From positions 6,389-70,388 of the forward strand of contig CAISJI010000146.1 of assembly GCA_903885565.1 (NCBI GenBank): a stretch of 64,000 bases of DNA. Reading direction: 5' to 3'. The position numbers and the translations under genes are program-made. The number at the start of each line of letters is the position of its first letter. Positions within the stretch are counted from its first letter, which is position 1. This stretch comes from an uncultured Planctomycetaceae bacterium. Lineage in GTDB: Bacteria > Planctomycetota > Planctomycetia > Pirellulales > UBA1268. The notes beneath the pieces are model-generated. The model was not told the DNA's origin, made no database searches, and saw only the letters and a program-made list of their open reading frames with translations. This document shows, piece after piece, positions 1 to 9,333 of this stretch.

Positions 1-2833
1 GCCAGTTCGAGGTGGCGTCTACTGCTGCCGCCGCCCAGGCCAAGAGACTGTCGCAGGCGACGGTGCTTGCCGCGATGCGTGCCAGCCTTCCCTGAATGAG
101 CTGGCGGGAGGCGATCGGCTGCCCCCATGTCGAGCGAGCTTGCGCGTGATCGCGGGCCTGGCGCTTCAGGATGCGCAGCGTTCCGGCGGCCTGCGCCGTG
201 AGCGTGACGCGCCCCCGATTGAGGCCATGCCAAACGATCGGCATGCTGTCGCCAGAGGGTCCGCCGGGAGGGGGCAGCAGATCGGCTGCGTCGATCTTGA
301 AGTTTTCAAAGACCAGCGCGTTATTGTGGGCATGCTTGAGCGGGTGGAGGGCGTAGCTGGCCAGCCGGAAGGTGGGCGTGTCGCTGTCGGGAAGCTGCAC
401 CAGGGCAACAGCCGGTCGGCCGTCGAGTGTGGCCAGCACTTTGGCGAGCCGGCCGTGGGTGGCCCCGGTGATGAACATCTTCGTGCCGGTGAGGAGGATC
501 TGGCCGTTGTCGCGGGTGAAGGCGGAGCGCACCGCATGCAGATCGCAGCCCGCTTCCGGTTCGGTGGCGCCGAAGATCGATAGCGGCCGGCCCCGGGCCA
601 GGCCGGGCAGATGGCGCGCCTGCTGATCGGGCGTGCCAAAGGCGGCAAGCGCTGAAACGGCACCAATCGAGGAGTGCACCGCCAGCATCCCTGCGGCTGT
701 CGGTGCATCGGCCGCCACCTGCGCGATGGTCTGGGCAAGTTCCAGCAGTGTGCACCCGCTCCCGCCAAACGCCTCCGGCACTGCCAGCCCCCACAGGCCA
801 GCGGCGCCCAAGGCCTCCTCAGCCGCACGCGAGAAGATGCCCTGCGGACGGGCGGGGGCGTCGGCCAGTGGTGCCCGCGGCAGTTCGACCGGATGCGTGG
901 GCGGATCATAAAGCCCTCCTTCGGCGCGCAACTGTTCAATCGCGCTGCGGCTTGCCTCGAGCAGGCCAGTCACGGAGTCTCGCTGCGGGAGGGCGGCCTG
1001 GGCCGCCGCCTCCGCGAAGGAGTTGCCTGCCGGCCCCCAGAGGGTGGCGCCAATCCAACGGGCTTTCTCGGCAGGATGTGAGCGGGGAACGGGGGGCGTG
1101 TTTGGCATCGGCTGCGTCGCATGGATGACGGCTGAAAAATTGTGGGCGATCGCCCGACGTTTGAGTTTCAGTGAGGGGGTCGTTTCACCATGCGCCTCAT
1201 CCAGGGCTCGGCCGACCAGCACGATCTTCCGCACCCGCCAGGATCGGGGCAGGTGCTGCTGCCGGCGGGCAAGGCGTCGGGTGATCCAGGCGAGCACGCG
1301 CGGATGGGAAAGCGCCTGGCGCCGGCTGAAGACCCTCACTCCCATGCGTTTCATTGCGGCACGCAGCACGGCGGGCTCCGGCACCACCAGCGCCACCGGT
1401 CCTGCCAATCCCGTGCCGCAGACGCACACCTGCGCACAGGCCGGATCCTCCACCAACACCTGCTCAACTTCGGCCGGTGGCACCTTGATACCGCCGGCCA
1501 GCACAAGCGTATCGCCGATCCGGCCGGTGATGCGCACCTGGCCATCGGCATCGATCGTGGCCAGGTCACCGGTTTCGAGCCAGTCTGATGGTTCCGGCTG
1601 GGGAGTGGTCGGGGCGTGCGAATCAGAACCCTGCTCCGCCGGCCCAATCGTGCCCAGCGCCCGGCTGGGAGTGCGCACCAGCAACTGGCCGCCGGCATCG
1701 ACACGCACATCCACGCCTGCCAGCGGCGGGCCAGCGGTTCCCGCGCGGGCATTGCGTGGGCTGGCCAGCGTGACCACCGGCCCCGCTTCGGCCAGCCCGT
1801 ATCCCTGCACCAGCGGCACTCCAGCGGCGGCAAACGCGGCCACCGTCCGTTCCCGCAAGGGAGCCCCGCCTGACACACAGACCCGCACCCGTCCCCCCAG
1901 GGCCGCCGCCAGATCGGGAATAGCCCCCGACTTCACGCCTCTCTCCAGCCGCTCGAAAAATGCCGGAACGCCGAGGATCACCGTGGGAGGGAGCTGCCGG
2001 CAGGCCTGCAGAATCCGGCTCCTTTCGCTGACAACATGGAGGCAGCCGCCCCGCACCAGAGCCGTGTAGAGATCACCAGTGCGGGCCAGAGCATGGCTCA
2101 GGGGCAGCCACGAAAGCCGCACGTCGGCCGGCTCGTCGAGAAACACCTCCGAGGCAGCCGCGGCATTGAGTGCCAAGGCCCGCTGGCAGTGGCGCACGCC
2201 GTGCGGCCGCCCGGTGGTGCCCGAGGAGATGACCACCGTCGCGCACGCGCCGGGATCGCAGGCCGTGAGTCGCCGCTGCATCTCACGGGTGAGCCCCGGG
2301 ATATCGCTCAGCCAAGCGTGCCAGCGGGCGCCAGCCAGGCGCGGCTCCGCGAGGCCCTGATTCTGCCGCATGTCGATCACCCGCAGCCCTGAGGGGAGGC
2401 GGCCTGAGGGGAGGCCCGGCCCCGTTCCGCTGAAGGCAATGGCCTGTGGTGCGAGCCAGTCGAGCTGGCGGAACTGCTCGGCGTGGGGGGCGTCGTGATG
2501 CAAGGCGGCATGCTCGATGCCGCTGAGCAGGCAGGCCAGATCGACCACGATCCAGTCGACGCCGTGGGGCCCCAAATGCGCCAGGCGGTCGCCCCGCTGA
2601 AGGCCCTGCGCCTCCAGATGCGTGGCCAGATCGACTGCGGCGGCGGTCAGTTCGCCCCAGGTCCACTCCCGGAGTGCTGCCGTGGTCGGCCCGCTGGAGG
2701 CCAGCGCCCGGCGCTTGGGGCTATCGCCCAGTCGCTTCAGAAGCAGTCCCACCAGCGACGCATCGGTGGCCGGTTCCAGCGGCTGTGCCCCGGCCCGCTG
2801 CAGCAGGCCATTGGCTGTGGCCGTCGTCGTCAT
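1..2833 (-). CDS. Acyl-CoA synthetase (AMP-binding, N-terminal) fused to acyl-CoA dehydrogenase (C-terminal); C-terminus lies beyond the left window edge
   Basis: Absent from the ORF track because it has no stop inside the window. My reverse-strand translation from the ATG at 2833 gives TVVISSGTTGRPHGV (AMP-binding motif, about 2239-2200), GYGLAEAG, ETGDLATIDADGQVRITGRIGD and SLKLKRR. It continues in the same frame (1200-900 checked codon by codon, no stop) into LWGLAVPEAFGGSGCT, IFGATEPEAGCDLHAV and GTKMFITGA, which are acyl-CoA dehydrogenase motifs. The ATG overlaps the thiolase stop (ATGA, 2830-2833). No other minus-strand ORF in this frame appears in the track. Confidence 0.75.
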   Translation of the reverse strand, partial: MTTTATANGLLQRAGAQPLEPATDASLVGLLLKRLGDSPKRRALASSGPTTAALREWTWGELTAAAVDLATHLEAQGLQRGDRLAHLGPHGVDWIVVDLACLLSGIEHAALHHDAPHAEQFRQLDWLAPQAIAFSGTGPGLPSGRLPSGLRVIDMRQNQGLAEPRLAGARWHAWLSDIPGLTREMQRRLTACDPGACATVVISSGTTGRPHGVRHCQRALALNAAAASEVFLDEPADVRLSWLPLSHALARTGDLYTALVRGGCLHVVSERSRILQACRQLPPTVILGVPAFFERLERGVKSGAIPDLAAALGGRVRVCVSGGAPLRERTVAAFAAAGVPLVQGYGLAEAGPVVTLASPRNARAGTAGPPLAGVDVRVDAGGQLLVRTPSRALGTIGPAEQGSDSHAPTTPQPEPSDWLETGDLATIDADGQVRITGRIGDTLVLAGGIKVPPAEVEQVLVEDPACAQVCVCGTGLAGPVALVVPEPAVLRAAMKRMGVRVFSRRQALSHPRVLAWITRRLARRQQHLPRSWRVRKIVLVGRALDEAHGETTPSLKLKRRAIAHNFSAVIHATQPMPNTPPVPRSHPAEKARWIGATLWGPAGNSFAEAAAQAALPQRDSVTGLLEASRSAIEQLRAEGGLYDPPTHPVELPRAPLADAPARPQGIFSRAAEEALGAAGLWGLAVPEAFGGSGCTLLELAQTIAQVAADAPTAAGMLAVHSSIGAVSALAAFGTPDQQARHLPGLARGRPLSIFGATEPEAGCDLHAVRSAFTRDNGQILLTGTKMFITGATHGRLAKVLATLDGRPAVALVQLPDSDTPTFRLASYALHPLKHAHNNALVFENFKIDAADLLPPPGGPSGDSMPIVWHGLNRGRVTLTAQAAGTLRILKRQARDHAQARSTWGQPIASRQLIQGRLARIAASTVACDSLLAWAAAAVDATSNW

Positions 2834-4050
2834 GCCCCGATCCTCTCAAAGAGCACCGCGATACCCTGCCCCAGCCCGATGCACATCGTGGCCAGTCCCA
2901 GCCGGTGTTCACCCGCGCCGAGGGAGTGGATGAGAGTCGTGGCAATCCGCGCGCCTCCTGCCCCCAGCGGATGGCCGATCGCCAGCGCCCCGCCGCGCAC
3001 ATTCACCCGCTCAGGGTCGAGGCGGAGAGTGTCGATGCAGTGGATCGCCTGCGCCGCAAAGGCCTCGTTGAGTTCCACCAGATCGATGTCTTCAATTGTT
3101 AGCCCAGCCCGAGCCAGCAGTTTGCGGGTGGCGACAATCGGGCCGGTTCCCATCGCCGCCGGCGGGACGCCCACCACTGCCGTGGCGACAATGCGCACCA
3201 GCGGTTCCAGCCCCTGCCGCGCCGCTTCGGCCTGCGACATCACCACCAGCGCCGCCGCACCATCGCTCAAGGGGGCGCTGGTGGCGGCAGTGATCGTGCC
3301 GAGCTTGGGCAGGAAGGCCGGTTCCAGGGCAGCCATCGCCTCCAGGCTGGTATCGCGGCGCACCGACTGATCGTGGAACATCTCCTGCAGTCCACCGGCT
3401 GGATCGTGCCCCAGCACCGGCACAATCTCGTCGTCGAAGAGGCCCGTGTCTGTGGCTACCGCCGCTCGGGCATGGCTCTGCAGGGCGAATCGCTCCTGCC
3501 GCGCGCGTGTGATGCCGTGGACGCCGGCCAGATGTTCGGCGGTCATTCCCATCGACAGCACACCGCGGCTGGAGCGGGCCACCATCTGCGGATGGAAGTC
3601 GATCGCCGAATCCATCGGCAGGTGGTGCATGTGCTCGACCCCGCCCACCACCTGCACGTTCTCCGCGCCGGCGACAATTGCATGGCAAGCCTGCGCCAGT
3701 GCCTGCAGGCCCGAGCCACACAGCCGGTTGGACGTGGTGCCCGCCACCGACAGTGGCAGGCCGGCGAGGAGGGCGGCGGTGCGGGCCACATTCCCCCCCA
3801 ACTCACCCCGCTGCTGGGTCACGCCGAGAATGACATCCTCCACCGACTCCGGATCGACACCGCTGCGCTCCACCGCAGCCCGCACCACAGCCGCGGCCAG
3901 TTCGTCGCCGCGCACATGGCGAAACAGGCCACGCAGCGGGTGGGCCTGGCCGATCGCCGTTCGGCAGCAGGCCACCACAACAGGCGTCGTCTCAGGGGAA
4001 CGATGCCCGGGGGAATCGGCACGGGTGGAGGGGGGCCTGCCGCTGCTCAT
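2830..4050 (-). CDS. fadA: Acetyl-CoA C-acyltransferase (thiolase)
   Basis: 406-aa ORF with an ATG start at 4050. Thiolase motifs: NRLCGSGLQA (active-site Cys), NEAFAAQ, GGALAIGHPLGAGG, CIGLGQG. Confidence 0.9.
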   Translation of the reverse strand: MSSGRPPSTRADSPGHRSPETTPVVVACCRTAIGQAHPLRGLFRHVRGDELAAAVVRAAVERSGVDPESVEDVILGVTQQRGELGGNVARTAALLAGLPLSVAGTTSNRLCGSGLQALAQACHAIVAGAENVQVVGGVEHMHHLPMDSAIDFHPQMVARSSRGVLSMGMTAEHLAGVHGITRARQERFALQSHARAAVATDTGLFDDEIVPVLGHDPAGGLQEMFHDQSVRRDTSLEAMAALEPAFLPKLGTITAATSAPLSDGAAALVVMSQAEAARQGLEPLVRIVATAVVGVPPAAMGTGPIVATRKLLARAGLTIEDIDLVELNEAFAAQAIHCIDTLRLDPERVNVRGGALAIGHPLGAGGARIATTLIHSLGAGEHRLGLATMCIGLGQGIAVLFERIGA

Positions 4051-4054
4051 CGAT

Positions 4055-6451
4055 TCACTCCGGATGGTGGCAGGCGGTGAACTGGCTGCCGGTGCGTGCC
4101 ATTTCCACCAGTGACGCGGTCGGATGCATGCGCACGCCGAGATCGGCCAGCGGTTTCAGTCGCCGGAGAATCTCAGCGGCACCGAGCGTGTCGGCCCAGG
4201 CAAGCACGCCCCCCCGGAACGCCGGAAACCCCAGGGCATGAATCACCGCCAGATCGACATCGCGCCCGTCACGCACGATCCCCTCTTCCAGCACGCGCAC
4301 CGCCTCCAGCACGATCGGCACAAAGAGGCGATCGCGGATCGTGGCATCGTCGGACGCTCGAGGGGGAAGGGCATAGGGCTCAAGCACGGCCGCCACTCCG
4401 GCGTCGGGGCGTTCGATCCGGGCCCGCTGGCTGCCGCCGGGGCCCTCGGGCCGGGCATAGTGGTAGAAGCCGGCGCCAGTCTTCCGCCCCAGCCGGCCCG
4501 AGCGGACGAGCGCCGGAATCACGGGGGATGGATCGATTCTGTCGCCGTAGGCGTCGTTGAGCACCATCCCCGCATAGAAGGCGGTGTCGAGGCCGATCAT
4601 GTCGTAGAGCTCAAGCGGCCCCATTGGCATGCCGAAGGACCGGGCGAGGCGATCGATCCTGCGGGCCTCAAGGCCTTCCCGCAGCATCTCCACCGCCTCG
4701 TGGAGATACGGCATCAGCAGCCGATTGACGAGGAATCCCGGGCTGTCCCGCACCACGATCGGGCACTTGCCGAGGCGCTTGGCATGGGCCACGGCGGTGG
4801 CGATGGTGTCGTCGCTGGTGGCTGGTCCCCGCACCACTTCCACCAGCGTCATCCGGCGGACGGGGTTGAAGAAGTGGAGGCCGCAGAAGCGGCTCGGATC
4901 GGCCAGTACGCCGGCGAGTTTGGCGATAGGGTTGGTGGAGGTGTTGGTGGCGATGACCGTGGTTGGCCCGACCAGCCGTTCGATCTCGGCGAGCACCTGC
5001 CGTTTGAGATCGGTGCGTTCCAGCACGCTCTCAATCACAAGATCGGCGTCGGCAATCGCGGCGAGCTGGGTCGAGGTCTGAAGCCGACCTGCCAGCGCGA
5101 GCGACCGGGCGGGATCGCTCCGTTTGGTGGCCCGGTCCCAGGCTGCTTCGTCGAGGATGCCCGCCACGCTCCCGCAGAGCGCCAAAGCCTGCACGTCGCA
5201 CAGCGCTACAGCAAATCCGGCCCGCAGGTGGCTGGCGGCGATCCCCGAACCCATGATGCCGGCCCCCACCACCGCCGGTCGGTGGATCTCCCGGGTGGTC
5301 GTCGAGGCCTGGGCTGCTGAGGATGCATGTGCAACGCCGGAGTCCTGTCGATTGCGCTCGCCCAACCGAAACACGCGCACCAGCTGCGCCGCCACCGGCC
5401 CGCTGGCGAGCGCCGCAAAGGCTGCCCCCTCTGCCGTGCCGGCCGCCACCGCATCCAGATCGAGGCCATCGAGAATGGTGCGGAGAATCGCCAGCGGCGC
5501 GGGGTAGTGGCTGCCGGTGCGGCCGAGAATCACCGCCGTGGCTGTCGATTCCAGAAACTCCCGCTCCAGCGGATCGAGTGGCAGTGGGGCCGCGAGTTTT
5601 TTTCGCCGCTGGAGGTATGCCCCGCTGGCGGTGTTCCGCTCGATCAGGATTTGGGCGGCAGCAAACGCCTGCTCCGGCGGTACGCAGGCGTCCACCAGTC
5701 CCACGCGGGCAGCCGCCAGGCCGTCCACCTGTTCGCCGGAGGCGGCCAGTTCCACAGCCGGGCCAGGGCCGATCAGCCGGGGCAGGCGCACGGTGCCTCC
5801 CCAGCCGGGCAGCAGGCCGAGTTTCACCTCTGGAAAGCCGAGCAGCGTGGCAGAGTTGGTGGTCGAGACCCGCAGATCGCAGGCCAATGCCAGTTCCAAG
5901 CCTCCCCCGAGGCAGATGCCATCGATGAGAGCCACGCTGGGCCAGGGTTGCGCCGAGAGCCGCCCCAGCAGGGTTCGGCCAACAGCGCACACCGCTTCAA
6001 TCGACGCGGCCGTGCCCTGCGTGAGGAGTTCCAGGCGGGAGATGTCGGCGCCAGCGAAAAAGGACCCCGGGCGATTCGACACCACCACGATTCCGGTCGG
6101 TTCGGGCCCCTTTTCCACCAGGTCGAGGGCGCTGGCGAGATCGATCAGCACCTGCGGCGTGATCACGTTTTGGCGGTGGTCGGGCACCAAAAAACTGAGC
6201 GCGACGAGCCCGTCGGCCCGCCGGCTGACAGTGAGCGTCGGCAGCGTGGCCACAACGGTGGGAGTGGGGCAGGCAGGCGTGGCGGGGAGTTCGGCGGGCG
6301 AACTCCCCGGGGACTGCCGTCCGCGACGGTTGCTCGACATCATGCCTGCGCCGAATGTTCTTGCTGTGGGTGAAACGCCGAGGCCCGTAGGCGGAGGCAC
6401 GCTCGCTGCCGTCCCCACACAGTCTAGCTGTCGGCGGAAAAAGTCTTCCAT
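4055..6451 (-). CDS. fadB: Multifunctional enoyl-CoA hydratase / 3-hydroxyacyl-CoA dehydrogenase (FadB/FadJ-like)
   Basis: 798-aa ORF. Crotonase part: FFAGADI, ICLGGGLELALACD. NAD-binding part: VVGAGIMGSGIA, plus a 3-hydroxyacyl-CoA dehydrogenase C-terminal region. It lies 4 nt upstream of the thiolase. The true start may be the internal MMSS at about 6343. Confidence 0.88.
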   Translation of the reverse strand: MEDFFRRQLDCVGTAASVPPPTGLGVSPTARTFGAGMMSSNRRGRQSPGSSPAELPATPACPTPTVVATLPTLTVSRRADGLVALSFLVPDHRQNVITPQVLIDLASALDLVEKGPEPTGIVVVSNRPGSFFAGADISRLELLTQGTAASIEAVCAVGRTLLGRLSAQPWPSVALIDGICLGGGLELALACDLRVSTTNSATLLGFPEVKLGLLPGWGGTVRLPRLIGPGPAVELAASGEQVDGLAAARVGLVDACVPPEQAFAAAQILIERNTASGAYLQRRKKLAAPLPLDPLEREFLESTATAVILGRTGSHYPAPLAILRTILDGLDLDAVAAGTAEGAAFAALASGPVAAQLVRVFRLGERNRQDSGVAHASSAAQASTTTREIHRPAVVGAGIMGSGIAASHLRAGFAVALCDVQALALCGSVAGILDEAAWDRATKRSDPARSLALAGRLQTSTQLAAIADADLVIESVLERTDLKRQVLAEIERLVGPTTVIATNTSTNPIAKLAGVLADPSRFCGLHFFNPVRRMTLVEVVRGPATSDDTIATAVAHAKRLGKCPIVVRDSPGFLVNRLLMPYLHEAVEMLREGLEARRIDRLARSFGMPMGPLELYDMIGLDTAFYAGMVLNDAYGDRIDPSPVIPALVRSGRLGRKTGAGFYHYARPEGPGGSQRARIERPDAGVAAVLEPYALPPRASDDATIRDRLFVPIVLEAVRVLEEGIVRDGRDVDLAVIHALGFPAFRGGVLAWADTLGAAEILRRLKPLADLGVRMHPTASLVEMARTGSQFTACHHPE

Positions 6452-6546
6452 GACCTTTTTTGGGCTGAAGCAGCCCGAAGGGGGGGTGTTGGTTTTCTGC
6501 CGCGGCCCCGCGGCAGAGAACCGAATTCTGCCGACGGGGATTTTTT

Positions 6547-6565
6547 AGGAAGGGTATCCCTTCCT
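6547..6565. promoter_or_regulatory. Perfect inverted repeat AGGAAGGG-TAT-CCCTTCCT in the divergent fad / membrane-protein intergenic region (candidate operator)
   Basis: The 8/8 complementary arms with a 3-nt spacer are read directly from the sequence. It sits about 96 nt upstream of the fadB-like ATG (6451) and about 55-60 nt upstream of the plus-strand ORF start (6620/6623). No U-tract on either strand, so it is not a canonical terminator. Confidence 0.3.
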
Positions 6566-6622
6566 AATGGCTGTTCCGGCCTGTTAGAGTGTGGCCGGCG
6601 TGACGGGATACTGGCACCCTTG

Positions 6623-7282
6623 ATGGCCCACTGCATGAACACTTCCGACGTTGATTCCCAGCAGTCCTCTGATGTGGTGAGTCGTTCCCTCTCCCCGGCC
6701 CTCCGGCCCGGGCTGGAGCGGGGCCGGCTGGCTGCAACCAACGCGGGGATGGGCCGTACAGAACAGCTGCTTTGGTGGACGGTTCTGGTGGCCGTGGCGG
6801 TCATTGGCCGGCTCTGGCAGCCTGCCTGGAACGTCACGCCGATGGCGGGCGTGGCGCTGGCTGCAGGGGCCCTGTTTCCCAATCGCTGGATATCGGCCAG
6901 CGTGCCGCTGGCGGCGCTGCTGGTCAGCAACAGCGTGCTGCCAGGCTATGGCAGTTGGACCATGGCGGGGGTCGTGTTTGCCGCCTCCATCTGGCCGATC
7001 TTGCTGGGTGGCATGGTGCGGCGGGGAGGCGTGTTCACTGTGGTTGGTGGGGCGCTGGCCAGTTCGCTGCTGTTTTACATCTCCACGAATCTGGCTCACT
7101 GGGGGCTGACCGCCGACTATCCGCACACGGTGGAGGGGTTGGTGGCCTGTTATGTGGCGGCTCTGCCGTTTTACCGCTGGATGCCGGTGGGGGATCTGCT
7201 CTGGAGCGTGGGGCTGTGCAGTCTCGCGACTGGAATGGCCGGCTCGATGGCCAACGTGGGAGCCCGGGCGGTGGCAGAGTGA
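6623..7282 (+). CDS. Polytopic membrane protein of unknown function (DUF6580-like by feel)
   Basis: About 5 hydrophobic segments (LLWWTVLVAVAVIG, MAGVALAAGALF, VPLAALLVSNSVL, MAGVVFAASIWPILLGG, VVGGALASSLLFYISTNLAHW). The track start at 6620 is TTG. In-frame ATGs occur at 6623, 6635 and 6749, so the start is uncertain. Confidence 0.55.
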   Translation: MAHCMNTSDVDSQQSSDVVSRSLSPALRPGLERGRLAATNAGMGRTEQLLWWTVLVAVAVIGRLWQPAWNVTPMAGVALAAGALFPNRWISASVPLAALLVSNSVLPGYGSWTMAGVVFAASIWPILLGGMVRRGGVFTVVGGALASSLLFYISTNLAHWGLTADYPHTVEGLVACYVAALPFYRWMPVGDLLWSVGLCSLATGMAGSMANVGARAVAE

Positions 7283-7423
7283 CGGGGCGTCCCATCTGGA
7301 GCACACAGGCTTGACGGCCCGCGAGGGCGGTCCAGAATGGGAGTGCTGTCTGAACGTTCCTCAACGTTTGGCAGTTCGGGTGGACGCGAATGTGTTGGTC
7401 GCCGGTGATGGATTGGTCAGTCT

Positions 7424-7507
<84 letters not shown>

Positions 7508-7676
7508 TTTGGTGGTCGTGTGATTCCGGTAGGCGGTCGCAGCAGAGTGCTGTCAGCCGTCGTTCTCTTCGGCACTGTGCCCCAACCGACCCCCCGTCGC
7601 CCCGATCCTCCCTCTTTCTTTCCGGCGTTCGGCGGGTGTTCTTCTTTTTCTTTTTTCCCTCTGCTGAGCTCACAGA

Positions 7677-9326
7677 ATGACCGCTGATTCGCCCGCGTCT
7701 GGAGAACCTAAGAGCGTCGCTGCATCTTCGGCTGAGGGGAGCCCGCGGCGGATTCCGATCGGCACCCAGCGGCCGGGGATTACGCCTCCCAAACTCCCTC
7801 CCCGCCACCAATATGTGGTGCCCGGCGCCGGCCCCGAGACTTCGACGTCTGCCGCCGCTGCAGCGGCGGCCCCCGAGACTCAAGCCCTTTCCGCCGGTCT
7901 GCCCGCCACAGAGACCGCCCCGGCCGTGCCCGCAGAGAGCGGCGCTGCGGGCCGCGGTCAGCAGCGGCCGGAAGGCGGGGCTGGTGGGGAGCGACGGCCG
8001 CGGGGTGAGCGGCGTGGGGGAGGACCAAAAAATGCTTTCCCCGAAGTGGTGCAACCGCACAAGCGGGTGGCCATTCCCAACCTGCGCTCGGCTCTGGAAG
8101 ATGATCTGGAGTCTGATTTTCTGGCGGCGCTGGAGGGAGTGTCGGTCGATGATCTGCTGGTGGGAGGGGGCCCGGCACAGGCCGAGGCGCCTCTTGAACC
8201 TGGCACCCGGATCGCCGGCACTGTTCTCAACGTCGGCCCTGACACGGCATTCATCGATCTTGGAGGGAGGCGCCAGGGAGCGCTCAAGCTGGCAGGGCTG
8301 GATGGGAACCCGGCAGTCGGCGAGGTGCTTCAGCTCTCAGTCGGGATCTTCAACGAGGAAGACGGTCTCTACGACGTTGCCCCGGCCAATCGGGCGGTGG
8401 CGGTGGAAGACTGGTCGCAACTGGCCGAGGGAATGATCGTCACTGCCCGTGTGACGGCTGCCAATAAGGGGGGCCTCGAATGCGAGGTGGCGGGCCTGCG
8501 CGGGTTCATGCCGGCGAGCCTTGTCAGCACCTGGCGGGTGGAAAATCTGGAGGAGATGGTCGGTCAGAACATTGAGGTGCTCGTTACAGAACTTGTGCCT
8601 GGCGCCCGCCGCATGGTTCTCTCCCGGCGCGCGGTCTTGGAAAAGCAGGCCGCCGACGCCCGTACGACCATGCTGGAAACCCTGGAAGTCGGCACGCTGT
8701 TCGAAGGCATCGTGCGATCGGTGCGTGATTTTGGCGCCTTTGTCGACATCGGTAATGGCGTGGAGGGTCTGGTCCACGTCAGCCAACTCTCGTGGGATCG
8801 GGTGGCCAATCCGGCCGACGTGTTGCAGCCGGGGCAGAAGATATCGGTCGTCGTCAAGAAGATCGACAGCCAGACGGGCAAGATCGCCCTGTCGGCCCGC
8901 GATACGGTGAATAGCCCCTGGAAGACCGCCGCTGAGAAATACCACGTCGGAGCTACGGTGCGGGGAATTGTGAGCCGGATCGCGCAGTTTGGCGCCTTCG
9001 TGAAACTTGAGCCGGGGATCGAAGGATTGGTCCATGTTTCGGAACTGGCTCACCGCCATGTGCGCAGCGTGGGCGACGTGGTCAAAGAGGGGGAGGCGGT
9101 GGAATGTCGGGTGCTGACGGTTGATCCCGACGAGCAGCGACTGTCGCTGTCGATCAAGGCTCTGGCCAGCGCACCGGCTGGCCCTGCGGCGTCAGGTGCC
9201 GACTCTGTGGACGAAGGCCCCGCCGACGAGACCCCCCCCGCTGCCCCGGCGCGACGATCGAACGTGCCGCTCAAGGGCGGCTTGGGGAGGAAGGGCGCGG
9301 GGGAACAATTCGGCCTGAAGTGGTGA
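7677..9326 (+). CDS. S1 RNA-binding domain protein (ribosomal protein S1-like; about 4 S1 repeats after a disordered N-terminus of about 130 aa)
   Basis: Repeated S1 motifs: GTVLNVGPDTAFIDLGG, ARVTAANKGGLECEV, GIVRSVRDFGAFVDIGNGVEGLVHVSQLS, GIVSRIAQFGAFVKLEPGIEGLVHVSEL. The N-terminus is rich in P/A/G/R/E. Fewer repeats than the canonical six-domain RpsA. Confidence 0.85.
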   Translation: MTADSPASGEPKSVAASSAEGSPRRIPIGTQRPGITPPKLPPRHQYVVPGAGPETSTSAAAAAAAPETQALSAGLPATETAPAVPAESGAAGRGQQRPEGGAGGERRPRGERRGGGPKNAFPEVVQPHKRVAIPNLRSALEDDLESDFLAALEGVSVDDLLVGGGPAQAEAPLEPGTRIAGTVLNVGPDTAFIDLGGRRQGALKLAGLDGNPAVGEVLQLSVGIFNEEDGLYDVAPANRAVAVEDWSQLAEGMIVTARVTAANKGGLECEVAGLRGFMPASLVSTWRVENLEEMVGQNIEVLVTELVPGARRMVLSRRAVLEKQAADARTTMLETLEVGTLFEGIVRSVRDFGAFVDIGNGVEGLVHVSQLSWDRVANPADVLQPGQKISVVVKKIDSQTGKIALSARDTVNSPWKTAAEKYHVGATVRGIVSRIAQFGAFVKLEPGIEGLVHVSELAHRHVRSVGDVVKEGEAVECRVLTVDPDEQRLSLSIKALASAPAGPAASGADSVDEGPADETPPAAPARRSNVPLKGGLGRKGAGEQFGLKW

Positions 9327-9333
9327 GGTCGTC

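Noticed and set aside
6452-6619. Possible cobalamin riboswitch upstream of the DUF6580-like membrane protein (such genes are sometimes B12-riboswitch controlled).
   Set aside because: I could not find a B12 box or the conserved core helices. I saw only two generic hairpins (GCCGCGG...CCGCGGC and the AGGAAGGG palindrome). A covariance-model scan (Rfam RF00174) would settle it.
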